In this document: positions 13,539-26,818 of the stretch, in pieces
Layout of the letters: every line of letters starts with the position of its first letter
Position numbering within the stretch: position 1 is the stretch's first letter
Assembly (NCBI GenBank): GCA_964016885.1
Contig: OZ024743.1
Coordinates: 59,830,001 to 59,894,000 of the forward strand
Reading direction: 5' to 3'
Length of the DNA stretch: 64,000 bases
Origin: Eledone cirrhosa
Lineage: Eukaryota
Translations under genes and position numbers: made by a program
The notes under the pieces: generated by a model
What the model was told of the DNA's origin: nothing
The model's database searches: none
Seen by the model: only the letters and a program-made list of their open reading frames with translations

Positions 13539-14311
13539 TATAAACAATATATTGAGAAACACACAGATACATGCGGACACATACATATACATGAATATTA
13601 CCACATCCATCCTTGAGTTAATGGTGCCAACCTTAACCGATGTTGCTCTATGAATAACTGGGACAAACTAATCCGAATGGATTAGACTGCACCAGTATCA
13701 GAGATAAAAGTACATTATGAAGAGAGAAGAAACATTTAGATATAATTAGTAATAAGATGTATCATACCTAAACTGCTCTAGATTCCTCGACTACGTAGTT
13801 TCGTGGCATAATCAAAAACAATACATCACAGGGTTATAGGGCTTTTGTGAGGTCTGCCGACTTATCAAGAGGATACCTCATTTTACTAGCTTCAAAGAAC
13901 ACGTCTATAAGATGTGAGATAGAATCCCAAAAGGCGGAGGGGGAATCAATCACGTGATACAACGGTCAAGAAACAGAGCTAAGCCCCCTATAACCCTGAA
14001 AAAAAATACCACGGAGGCGGAGGGGGTATTTATATCGAGGCCGTAGAAGAGGTGGTTAGGGAGGCAAGAAGTATGAGTAATGGCAGCTTTCCAGCAGTCA
14101 CTACACTTCAAGGATTACTCGACCAGGGGGAGTTATAAACAATATATTGAGAAACACACAGATACATGCGGATACATACATATACATGAATATATTCACA
14201 TCCATCCTTGAATTAGTGATGCCAACCTTAACCGATGTTGCTCTATGAATAACTGGCACAAACCAATCCGAATGGATTAGACTGAACCAGTATCAGAGCT
14301 AAAAGTACATT
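13539..14311 (-). mobile_element. ORF-less R-U-R element (family C), ~595-bp period, with hammerhead
   Basis: ~175-bp direct repeats 13539-13716 and 14134-14311 flank a unique spacer holding a hammerhead. Both ends are in (TA)n. Confidence 0.75.
13784..13873 (-). ncRNA. Type I hammerhead with compensatory U3-A8 core (TTGATAA)
   Basis: Minus strand reads TCCTC-TTGATAA-GTCGGCA...TGCCAC-GAAA-CTACGTAG (palindrome)-TC-GAGGA, giving a GUC cleavage triplet. Confidence 0.78.
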
Positions 14312-14336
14312 TATATATATATATATATATATATAC

Positions 14337-14401
<65 letters not shown>

Positions 14402-14414
14402 AATATATATATAC

Positions 14415-14471
<57 letters not shown>

Positions 14472-14486
14472 CATATATATATACAC

Positions 14487-14576
<90 letters not shown>

Positions 14577-14697
14577 AATCATGTTTTATTGTTTTCCGTG
14601 ATTTATTTTTAACCTACAACATTTTAAACATACGGATTACATTGTGTTCTTCATGCAGACTAGACCCCATAATTAAATGTGGATATTTCCGTGTGTG

Positions 14698-14728
<31 letters not shown>

Positions 14729-14854
14729 ATATATATATATATGTATATGTAGGAGGTGAGTTTTATTGTAGTACAATAAAGCAATGCAGATATCGGATAA
14801 GAAGCACTCTACAGTTTGTAGGACTGTTCTTATATATTATATATATATATATAA

Positions 14855-14947
<93 letters not shown>

Positions 14948-14964
14948 TTTTTTTATATATATAC

Positions 14965-15030
<66 letters not shown>

Positions 15031-15060
15031 GTATATATATATATACATATATATATATAC

Positions 15061-15138
<78 letters not shown>

Positions 15139-15272
15139 TTATATATACATATCCATATATATACATATATATATATACATATATATACATATACATATAT
15201 ATACATATACATATATATACATATACATATATATATTAATATACATATATATATAAATATATATACATATAC

Positions 15273-15341
<69 letters not shown>

Positions 15342-15352
15342 CATATATATAC

Positions 15353-15421
<69 letters not shown>

Positions 15422-15422
15422 A

Positions 15423-15480
<58 letters not shown>

Positions 15481-15489
15481 TTGTGTGTA

Positions 15490-16171
15490 AATCTGTGTTT
15501 TTCGAATATAAGTAATAATAATCGATTCGTTTGAAATTGTCCATATAGCCTCTTAAGCCATGTGAGAACAATATTCTCTTCATTCTTGCTCTTGAGTTGG
15601 CATATAAACAGAACGGTAGACACTAATGTTTCTGGGTGATTACCCTTCAGAGCTAGTGTATATACATGATATTTTCTGGAATATACAGTCACTGATCGGC
15701 CGGATTTAAATATTAGCAGACTGCCTGATCAGTCGGATCTGCATTTTAACTGACTCAATAATCATCCCGATTTGTATACCAGCAGATAGATCAGTAAATT
15801 TTATATATTCAAGCGATTAATAGGTGACTTTGCCATAGTCGAATAACTAACATATATTTTTTATCGCTCTACATGAATGAGTACATGAAATGTATATCTG
15901 AGGTTTTTGAATTTTACTAATAATATTCCATACGTTTGCAATTCTGCGAACAACCTGTTATGTTATCACTAGATCTGACAGTTTCGTAGGTAAACAGTAT
16001 ACGGAACTGATGAAGGGTAATCACCCAGACACATTAGTGTGTGCCATTCTGTTTATATACCATCACAAGAGCAAGAATGACGAGGTTGTTTTACTCACAT
16101 GCTCAAAGACGCTGTTTGCATAAATACAAACGAATCGAATATTATTATTAGTATTCGAAAAAACTCAGATT
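15490..16171 (+). mobile_element. ORF-less PLE-like element (family D) with inverted ~160-bp termini containing a hammerhead
   Basis: 15490-15649 is a diverged reverse complement of 16011-16171. The hammerhead at 15992-16054 reads CTGATGA-AGGGT AATC ACCCA-GACA-CATTAGTG-TG, and the inverted arm keeps the canonical GAAA-CATTAGTG-TC. Confidence 0.7.
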
Positions 16172-16263
16172 CTTGTATTCAGCCATGTAGAGCGTTAAGA
16201 CTATTACATATATATATATATATATACAGAGAGAGAGGGGCGGGGGGAGTGAGAGAATGAGTG

Positions 16264-16469
<206 letters not shown>

Positions 16470-16656
16470 GTGTATCTCAACCACTTTATACTGTGGGTGT
16501 TGTACTCTCTGGTGATTTTAAGTAGCTGATAGCAATCATACCACGTAATTTAAAAATATGTTGCTATCATTCCATGTTAATAAGTTATTTTCTGACGTTT
16601 CAACGTTTTCAACACTCATAATACACACACAGACGCACACACACACAGACACACAG

Positions 16657-16768
<112 letters not shown>

Positions 16769-16904
16769 TATACATACATACTGCTGGGTTAGTTCGGACC
16801 AAGTGGTCGAAAAGGCCAATGCTCTACCGTCGTGTTCTTGACTATCTTCCTGTATATATATATATATATTATATATATATATATAATATATATATTTATT
16901 TATA

Positions 16905-17552
16905 TATAATATATATATTTATTTATATGCGTTTATTTAATTATTTGTATACACGCACACACACACACATATTTATATGTGCGTGTATTTGTATACCCAT
17001 GGCGAGTGTTTTCGCGTATGCTTGTGTTTGGACGTATTTGTATGCGTGTATGCATTTATTTAATTTCAATTACCTCTGTATTTTATTTACTTTATTCTTA
17101 ACTCTGAAGCGGAGAATCATTCTGTTTCCTAGTTAGAATTTTAGTCTACGTCTTCAGCTATACCATTTACCTGGTTTTGTCTTTGCGTGCAATTGTTCTC
17201 CACGTTCCACATATGACGTATTATCTTCGTTTTTTCCGTTCATTGCCAGAGAACGTCTCTATGAACCACCTAAGAGAATATTAGTCTACGACTTCTTTTA
17301 TACCATAAACATGGTTCTGTCTTTGCGTGTAATTGTTTTTCGCCGCTCCAAATAATGACGTATTATATTCGTTTTTTCCGGTTCTTTGCAGGGAACGTTT
17401 CCGTGAAACAAAGTATCGTCTTCCTGTCTTCCTCCGGTTGCAACGTTTTTTGAAATATTCACTTCTGCGTTTACAGATTGACTTTGTTAGTTTCAGAAGA
17501 TCCCGTTAAGGGTGAAAGCAGCGATTCTTTGCTTAAACTTTAATCTGTTATT
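16905..17552 (+). mobile_element. PLE family A 3' UTR/pLTR copy
   Basis: Reverse-complement homolog of ~3618-4270, including the tandem unit and hammerhead. Confidence 0.8.
17486..17543 (+). ncRNA. Type I hammerhead variant (family A), core CAGAAGA
   Basis: AGTTT-CAGAAGA-TCCC GTTAA GGGT-GAAA-GCA GCGATTCTT TGC-TT-AAACT. Confidence 0.68.
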
Positions 17553-17630
17553 TTAATAAATATATATATATATATACATATATATAAGTATGTACACGTA
17601 CATACATATATGTATACAGACGTACAGTAG

Positions 17631-17686
<56 letters not shown>

Positions 17687-17753
17687 CATGCACACATATA
17701 TATACATATGGATTTCGTTTCATTTTTCCGTATATACATATATATATATATAT

Positions 17754-18907
17754 ATATTATTATAAATTATGTCTACAGAATTATTAGATAAACACAATAT
17801 ATACTCCATTTCCTCTGCCAAACAGCACAATCAACCATATAAAAAATCAATTATACTAAGCCATAAGGATAAAAGCTCCTATGAAAAAATCTCCGACAAA
17901 CAAACGAGAGTGGGTACTTCGCGTTATCCACAGCAGGTTATTTATCCAACATTTGGACAGCATGCATAAATCGACCAAGTACATAATTAACCATATGCCA
18001 TTCGGTGTAAAATCAAACATAGAAGAACTGTGTACATACCGTAACCATCTCTACCATGGTTTCATCCTTATTTTTAGATATCCTATTAATAGGAAATCCA
18101 TTGAGTTCGGAATCATCAGGAGATAAACTCAAAAATAGACACTTAGTATTCCAAGCCGATCGCGCCAAAGTTGGATTCAAAAATGGCTAAGAATCACACT
18201 ATGGCCGTGGTCAAGTTGGAAAGAATGTGATTGGCTGTTGACGGCGTGTAGGCTTGTCGCTCTTAAGCGCAGGCAAATATCGCCAAATTTAATCTCAACC
18301 TTACGGGAGATTATTAAATATAGAGGTTTACATATACATAAATTTATATATGTTACAACCGGTCACTTTTTAGCTCTATGAAGAATTAATAAATTAAATA
18401 CTCAGAGCAATATATTATTATAAATCATGTCTACAGAATTATTAGATAAACAAATTATATACTCCATTTTCTCTGCCAAACAGCACAATCAACCATATAA
18501 AAAATCAATTATACTAAACCATTAGGATAAAAGCTCCTATGAAGAAATCTCCGACAAACAAACGAGAGTGGGTACTTCGCGTTATCCACAGCAGGTTATT
18601 TTTCCAACATTTCGACAGCATGCATAAATCGACCAAGTACATAATTAACCATATGCCATTCGGTGTAAAATCAAACATAGAAGAAATGTGTACATACCGT
18701 AACCATCTCTACCATGGTTTCATCCGTATTTTTAGATATCCTATTAATAGGAAATCCATTGGCAGAGGAAATGGAGTATATATTTTGTTTAACTAATAAT
18801 TCAGTAGACATGATTTATAATAATATATTGCTCTGAGTATTTAATTTATTAATTCTACATAGAGCTAAAAAGTGACGGGTTGTAACATATATAAATTTAT
18901 GTATATG

Positions 18908-18915
<8 letters not shown>
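17754..18915 (-). mobile_element. ORF-less inverted+R-U-R element (family E), 658-bp period, retrozyme-like
   Basis: Direct repeats 17754-18100 and 18411-18760. Segment 18761-18915 is an inverted copy of 18322-18477. The hammerhead lies at the U/R boundary. Confidence 0.8.
18047..18124 (-). ncRNA. Canonical minimal type I hammerhead (family E)
   Basis: Minus strand reads ATCTC-CTGATGA-TTCC...GGAT-GAAA-CCATGG (palindrome)-TA-GAGAT. A 5'-truncated second copy is at ~18705-18760. Confidence 0.85.
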
Positions 18916-19000
<85 letters not shown>

Positions 19001-19006
<6 letters not shown>

Positions 19007-19464
19007 ACAGATTAAAGTTTAAGCAAAGAATCCCTGCTTTCACCCTTAACGGGAAAACGATACTTTTGTTCGTTAAGACGTTCCTGGCAATGAACGAAAA
19101 AAAAAAGCGAAGTTAATACGTTGTTATGTGGACCTTGAGAACAATTTACGCAAAGTAGAAAAACGAAATGGAGTCATTAGGCTAATATTCTATTTAGGAA
19201 ACGGAATTGTTTTCAGCTCCGGAGTTAACAATAATGTAAATAAATGTGTTGAACAAATATGACAGGTTATTAACATCGTAAAAGTAATAATAGTTAAGAT
19301 TTATACGATTATATATATACATACACATATCTATATAATTATATACACGTGCATACACGAAAACGCACGCCGTACATACATATACATGGATATAAACACG
19401 CGCACACACACTTATACCAGGCACGACACATATAGCCGCGCACATACGAACGTATACGCCAAAT

Positions 19465-19505
<41 letters not shown>

Positions 19506-19961
19506 GGTATATATACAATTATATATGCATATATAAATATAAACAAATATATACATATAACACACACACATACCCACACATAAATACGCATATGTTCAAC
19601 AAACGTACTTATACCAGTAAACATATGTAAACATATATATACATACATATATGTGTGTATATAAATAAATACAAACATATATATATACTCACACGGATAT
19701 ACATACATGCACCAACTCCAACTCATACGCATACGCAATAATAATCCATATATATAGATATATAGGAATATGTTCAAAACCCCGACGGCAGAGATAAAGC
19801 CGTTTCGACGGCTATTTCTGGACTAAAGAAATAGCCGTCGAAACGACTTGAGCTCTGCCGTCGTGGTCTTGAACATTTTCCTATTACCCACTGTAGTACC
19901 CTAAGTATTGAGTACTCTGGGGCGTTATGGTCCACCTGGTTCCTTACCACACTTCCTTCGT

Positions 19962-20060
<99 letters not shown>

Positions 20061-21170
20061 GACACATAAATATAAACATATACATAATACACATACGTAC
20101 ACATACACACATACCCATACATCAACCACATGCACACACACATATATATGCATATATACTCATACACACATACCCATACATCAACCACATGCAAACACAC
20201 ATATATACACATATATACATATAGACTCATACACATATATACACACATATACGAATACATATATACGCACACACACGTAATACATATATATACACGCATA
20301 TACGTATACATATATACGTACATACACGTAATACACATATACACACATATACGCACAGACACACGTAATACACATATACAGATAAACACATGCACGTATA
20401 CACGTATATATATATATAACATACACCTATAACATATACAAGCATATATACGTACGAAAATGTATAAGTACCTGTACGAACATACGGATAAGGTATACTT
20501 ACCTATACAAATATGTAATGGTATGAACATAAATTATACTTAGCGACCACATCAAGACGTAAACCATCCGCGCATTGTCCTTACTATCAGTTAGGGTAGA
20601 ATATGGGCCTGTAATACAAGAAGGTTTTATGCAATTTGTATTTACAAACCGAAATTGCCTCAGATTTTTTGTTTAAGATGTGATCATTCGTGTAGAGTAT
20701 TTCCAGGGTTTCAGCGGCGCAAAGATCGCACGGTCTTTTGTTTCCGTTATGCGTTCTAGCTTTACCTAGGTTCTCCCAGTGTAATCTATATTTGGTGTGG
20801 TTGTCTTTTAGACTCCAAATATGAGCTGAAAGTGACGCCATGTTCCTTCTTATAGGGTTAAGAAAAAAATGGCTGTGAATATTAAGACGCTACTTGAATC
20901 TATTGGCGGTTAACCCTATGTAGGCCTTACTAGACGTGGGTGTGTCGACCTTACATTTGTAGACAATATTACTGGAGAGGCATTTTCCAGATTGAGGGTA
21001 GTCTGACCGATTCCTACAATTACAGTTAATACTAGTTACCGGGTTGCTAGTGTTACTATGGCTAAGTAATTTGGCTAAATTTGAAACAGTGATGTTATGT
21101 GCAAAGTTAGGAGTCGTGGAGTAAGATATATTAACGGTATTTCTATTAAATATTTTATTATATTTATGTG
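19001..21170 (-). mobile_element. PLE family A related copy: GIY-YIG remnant + long 3' UTR, hammerhead internally deleted (19011-19054)
   Basis: ORF 20587-20841 reads SLSAHIWSLKDNH..CDLCAAE, with NCNCRNR upstream. The 3' end matches 3618-3670. Interrupted by a family H copy. Confidence 0.78.
19763..19962 (+). mobile_element. Family H copy 4
   Basis: TAGGAATATGTTCAAAACCCCGACGGCAGAG...CTCTGCCGTCGTGGTCTTGAACATTTTCCTA plus tail, in a TA tract. Confidence 0.85.
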
Positions 21171-22611
21171 TTATTATCGCTCCACATTACGACGTATTAT
21201 CTTCTCATTTTTTCCGTATATATACGTGTGTGTGTGATTGTATATGTGTGTATGTGTGTGTTTATGTGTGTGTACAAGACCTGAAATACAAAATACTGGT
21301 TGGGATATTCTTGGAAGCAGTGCATCACCGTTATCTATACTTGTATGTATATGAAGGTTGATTGATTCATCTTTGCAGAATATGTCCATCTCCTTTCATA
21401 CCACCATCACAACCATCACCACCAACCATCAGTTCGTTACCTATAAGATGGATTTTCAGTCCAGCTGCACACCTGCATGATCTGCAACAAAGAAGACACT
21501 GTTTTAATTGTGTCTATTTTAGAGTCGTCAGTTTTATATAATATCAAATGACTTTTAACCTGGTCTTTAATGGTGCCTGTTCCGTTTCTCTGGTATTTCA
21601 TTTGATTTTAAATGAGTGAAATACCCAGAATTAGAGAACGTTACACGGCCACATAATTCATATGTCCTGTTGCATATCCTTTGATTAACGTTGATTTTGT
21701 AGCCCATATTAAGCCATCGCTCAAGCATTTCATGTTTAAAATATCTCTGATCAACCTTTCCTCACATGACAACTACATTCAGCTATCTACATCGCTAGCA
21801 CTACCCAATTCAAAATGTCAACCTGTGGATCTTTAACTTTTTTCTTCGCAGTCCATATATATTTTCCTTGCTTTGTGATGAAGGGCATTTTACTTTAAAA
21901 TAGTTGTTTGAGTCTATCATCTTTCATGCTGAAAATATGGCATGTCCAACGCACTTGAGAGGATCTGATGACAGATCCAATGTTTGAATATCCAGCAACT
22001 ATAAGTATTTACTAGACAGGTATTTTATTTTATAATTTGATATTGAACATAAGTATCAAAACACCGTAGTTTAAACAGTTCATGCAAAGTTAGATGTCTA
22101 TAGTATACTGTCCTCGTTTCTGAAGAGTCCAGATGAGCACATAGCATGGAAGCCTTGATCTTGTTAGTGATGCCACAATATTCTCATACTTTATTTTCGA
22201 ATTTTTCAACTGCTGCAGAATGTTACTCAATGCGTGGATGTATTTCTGCATCTAGTAAAGCATCTCTCGGCAATTTTCTGCGCAGGTTAACAAAATGTGT
22301 GAACTGATCCCAATCGCCTTTACGATCGTGAGTCTAACACAACTGATCTACACGACATATTCTATTCATGTTGTTCTTTATGTTATTTAAATAAGACACC
22401 GGTGATTACATTACGTAACTCCATCATTTTTGCTTCCTTTTACTAAGTATTTTAGCAGTGATTTATATTATTCTAGAATTGTAGAAAGTAGATCATTGTA
22501 TTTTCTTTTATATATTGTATTATATTTTTTAGTTTAATCTAAATTTGTCGTAGATAAATAAGTTTTCTTACACTATACTATTCATTACTATAGAATCTAA
22601 CATCAAATAAT

Positions 22612-22727
22612 TGTTTCTACTTTAGGCACAAGGCCAGCAATTACCCAGTGCATTACTGGTACTTTATTTTATCGACCCTGTAAGGCTGAAAGGCAAAGTC
22701 AACCTCGGCAGGATTTGAACTCAGATC
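22612..22727 (-). mobile_element. 5'-truncated tRNA-derived SINE with 18-bp target-site duplication
   Basis: Box B-like GAGTTCAAATCC and central GCCTTTCAGCCTTACAGGGTCGATAAAATAAAGTACCAG. TSD AATCTAACATCAAATAAT at 22594-22611 and 22728-22745. Confidence 0.88.
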
Positions 22728-24469
22728 AATCTAACATCAAATAATGAAATTATTTCTAATTAACTGTTTACCGAAGAAAGTTTAAAGTTTGAATCTAGAA
22801 GAGTCAAATATTGAATTATTTGATACTGATTGACTTCGCTTTCGCTTCTCGTTCAATTTACTTATCAAAAGCAATTCTGTATGATAAATTACTGTTTATC
22901 TACAGAAATTACCTGCCCAATACAGACTAGAATGAAATATACTATTCAATGAATAGTTGTTGGTTTCATTTCATATTAATGTTTGACAGAGTTAAAAATA
23001 TTTCTTATGTAATGCTGTATGATCCACATATTTATTTACTTGTCCAACTAACATCCTCATATTATCCTGTCTTCCTGTACATATCAAACAGCTATTTTGT
23101 TATTTTTATAGTATTTCCCTGACCTATTCTCCTTGTTTCCGAATATCCATGTACTTGTTATATAGTAGAACCCCATCCACAACAACACCAGTTTAGTTTT
23201 CGATCAGTTCCCACTATGTTATTTTTATTTTCACTTTCTTTCTTCATTATCCATGGATTCTACTTCCTTTCTAATCTCATAATTTGAAAGAAAATATTTA
23301 TTTGTTCTGCTTATCTGACTTTCCCTCGTCTTTCACTGACTTTCCCTCGTCTTATCTCACTTTCCCTCGTCTATTACAGACGCCAACATTCATATCATTT
23401 AATAATTCATATTAAAACCATATATATAAAACTGGAATATTTTTACACAGCATTAACTGTATTTGTTTTCATTGGTTTTAGAAATAAATGAAGAAGCATT
23501 TGTACATTATGTACATTATAAAAGTGAAACTAGAGGAAACATAACATCAATGAATACGACACTTTATTGTTGATAGAAACATTTTCTCTCGGTGGTGAAG
23601 TAAATAGACTTTATAACATGGCCTCCTTGGATGAGTTACCTACAGCCTTGAAATAATACGTGAATAAATTATTATGAAAACTAAACATATCACTAGATTA
23701 AATGAATTGTAAGTTTGTATGATAATATTTTCCCTGAATAACTCTGGTGCATTTATATATTGTATTCAAAGGAGTCTTAATGGTCAAAACTAAATTCACA
23801 ACTCCATTTTGAGTATAAGCATATATCTATTTCAATATGTCTGCAGAAAACAATAAAAAATGCATTCACACGATTCATATATTTTCATTAGTCTTGTGTT
23901 CAGTGATTTTTTTCTAATCAGATTTTTTTCTAAGAACTCGTGATAGGAAAAGATGTTATTTAATCTATATGCAACAAAATAATAATTCAATAATCCATAA
24001 CACACGCTACAAGTTTTAAAAGTACAATCACAATTCCCATTGGAAACAAACACAAACACACTGCCACACTTATATGTAAGAGAGAGGGGAAGTGAGAGAA
24101 AGAGAGATGGTGGGTGAGTAGTGAAGGTTATCATAATCTTGTCGGAAAACAATGTTTATCGGCATCGGCTGAAAATGTGTCCGCAATGAAAAAGAAATAA
24201 TTAACATCAATACAATTTACTCTGAAAATGCGCATGGGGACAGAGATTTTGAAATCTTAATTAACAGAAAAGTGGGCAGGTTAATTTAAGCTAATAATTG
24301 TTTCTTCTTTTTTGTAAAGCTAATATTATTCAATAGAGAGGAACATTCACATGGTTCTCCTTTTTCTGCAAATAAACATTAGACTGTTCTTTTTCTAAAT
24401 ATACAAATTATCTCTTATCGAACGTATGTTATCGAGCGACTAACATGTGGGACAAAATCACAAACTCAA

Positions 24470-24506
<37 letters not shown>

Positions 24507-24510
24507 CACA

Positions 24511-24554
<44 letters not shown>

Positions 24555-24707
24555 AATAATTACAACAGCGACAGGAACAGGTAAAATAAAGTTGTTAAGA
24601 AAACAACACCATACTTCAATACTGAGCATATAAAAAAAAAAAAAAAACAGGGGTAAAAATTACGCCATTATGTTTTTTCTGTTTTTTTCTGTTCAAATTC
24701 TATCTCT

Positions 24708-24997
24708 CTGATGAGCTCATATCTGTTGCATAATGGTTATCACCGAAATATAAATGACAGTGAATATGAATAAACCAAGTTAATTTTAACCTGTTGACTT
24801 ACACAACTTTATATATATATACATATATAAAATTGAGTGTGTGAGTACTCAACGAATTGCTGTTTATTCCAAAATAATTTAACAAAATCTGTAAGTCAAC
24901 AGATCAACAGGTCATAATTAACTTTGTTTATTCATATTCGCTGCCATATATGTTTCAGTGATAACCATTATTCAACAGCTATGACCCATCAGGCAGC
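24708..24997. repeat. Convergent inverted pair (~95 bp) with degenerate hammerhead motifs (family F)
   Basis: The + copy 24708-24803 has CTGATGA...GAAA-TATAAA. The - copy 24890-24997 has GCTGC-CTGATGG...GAAA-CATATATG-GCAGC. Confidence 0.5.
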
Positions 24998-25077
24998 TAG
25001 AACGTGAACAGAAAAATGGGAAAACATAATGGTGCAACAAAACTGAACTCGATATTTCGTTGATATTCCGGAGTGTG

Positions 25078-25110
<33 letters not shown>

Positions 25111-25111
<1 letters not shown>

Positions 25112-25303
25112 GGTGGTGGATCGGCAGTGTCGGTAGAGGGTCGGATGCTATGCTTTGACGCATAGAGTTACGGCCCTTGCCATTCAGATTTCAAATCCCG
25201 CCGAGGTAAACTTTGCCTTTCATCCTTATGGGGTGGATAAAATAAAGTACCAGTAACACACTAGGTATTTGCTGGCCTTGTGACAAAAGTAGAAACAATT
25301 ATT
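25111..25303 (+). mobile_element. tRNA-derived SINE following (TTA)n
   Basis: Box A-like CGGCAGTGTCGG, box B-like TTCAAATCCCG, the same central domain and an AGAAACAATTATT tail. Confidence 0.85.
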
Positions 25304-25976
25304 ACAGTTGCATTTATCTTGCTTTATGTTCATACGAGTTATCACCAAGTCACAACCAGTGACCTCAAGAAACAACAAGGTCCGCCATGTTCAAGAAAGA
25401 ACATACATACACACACATGCATATTTAGGTGTTTAGACTTGTGATGTACTTATATTGACAGAATCTTCTTTAGTATATGGGCAGTTCCCATTAGTACTAT
25501 CTTTTGTATTTATCCTATACGCGGGTTTCCTGGGATTTGCGATAAGTAATCATTAGACCCCTTAGGTATCATTCCTAGAGCGCCTACAACCACCGATATT
25601 GTTTTAGTTCTCAATTTCCACATTTTTCTAATTTCTATCTCCAGGTCCTTATACTTGCTCAATTTTTCAAATGTTTTTATAGATACATTCTTGTCTATTG
25701 GAACAGACATATCAATTAGCAGGCATACCCTCTTTTTAAAGTCCTTTAGTTTTATATCAGGTCTATTTGCATCTATTTTTCGGTCTGTTTGGATGCTAAA
25801 GTTCCACAAGATTGAGATGTGATCCTTTTCAAGTATAGGAGGTGGTTGATGCTCCCACCAATTCTTTTGATGGAGCAGGTCAAAATGCTTACACATTATC
25901 CAATGTATGTATTGTGCAGCTCTGTCATGCCATTTTAGGTGTTCGGTTGGAGCTATAGGACTGCACATTGAAATTG
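25304..25976 (-). mobile_element. R4/Dong-type non-LTR retrotransposon family 1, 3' fragment (RLE domain)
   Basis: HDRAAQYIHW, ILWNFSIQTD, NRPDI, IDMSVP, EKLSKYKDL, VVVGALG. 3' UTR shared with 28457-28600. Confidence 0.88.
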
Positions 25977-25985
25977 AACTGCACA

Positions 25986-26763
25986 TTGGCCTGGCAGTGC
26001 TACCGGGGAACGCTGCCGGTTCGAGATAAGCTCTACAGGCACGGAAGTGTTGTCAGCCGAGGCTGTCCGAGATGCGCTCAGAGCGACGAAACCGTCTTGC
26101 ACTCACTCGTTCAGTGCCCGAGCATTGCTGACTTGTGGAGCTATGTCGAACAGTTGCTGTCGTGTGTAGGACTGATCCGGTTGTCGACTGAGTCCATTTG
26201 CAGATGGTCTCGCCGTCTTCCTTCGAGGAGGAAGGGCAGGCGGTTTTCATCTGTCTGGTGGCCATGGCGAAAGAGATTGTGTGGTGGACAAGGTTAAAAG
26301 GGTTAAAGACAGACACTTTCCTCTTTGGCGAATCCCTAATTAACTTTTTCAAGTTTCACTTGAAGAGGAAAATCAGGGTGGAGAAGCAAGTGCTGCCTTC
26401 TAGCAAGTTTGTTGAACGGTGGGTGAATGTAGCGAGAATGGTCCGAATATACGTCTGTAGTTTGAGAGATGGAAACATTGAGAGAGGGCGCTTGCCCTGT
26501 GGGTCAGGGTGGCCGTGGTCTTTTGTGTGGCTTTCACCACGTGTAACACTCGGAGGTTTACCCCCTATGGGGGAATTTTTCATTGTTTCAATTTTCATTT
26601 TTATTGTTTATATCTATATATGTTTCTATGTCCTTTTTTTTCTTTTCTTATATAAATAATAAAAATATTTACACGCACAAAACCCACATCTTACCTTACT
26701 ATACCGTCGTGTGCCGTCTGTAATGTTTTTGCTGATGTCACCCCTTGTGGCCAATAAAGAAAT
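25986..26763 (+). mobile_element. Tx1-type LINE 3' fragment ending at (ATT)n
   Basis: LAWQCYRGTLPVRDKL..CPRC..ETVLHSLVQC zinc knuckle, homologous to 57641-58400 (-). Ends AATAAAGAAA + (TTA)n. Confidence 0.85.
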
Positions 26764-26771
26764 CATTATTA

Positions 26772-26818
<47 letters not shown>

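Noticed and set aside
13829-13998. CAGGG-starting inverted repeat as a hAT MITE
   Set aside because: There is no 8-bp TSD and it lies inside the family C element. It is better read as an RNA pairing.
17881-18796. Recurrent ORF MKKSPTNKREWVLRV (also 616-903)
   Set aside because: It recurs only because it lies in the family E repeat, antisense to the ribozyme, with no recognisable domain and variable C-termini.
21390-24420. Low-repeat region as the GPCR promoter or first exon
   Set aside because: There is no convincing exon or promoter signal, and part of it (21.7-22.35 kb) may be decayed LINE sequence.
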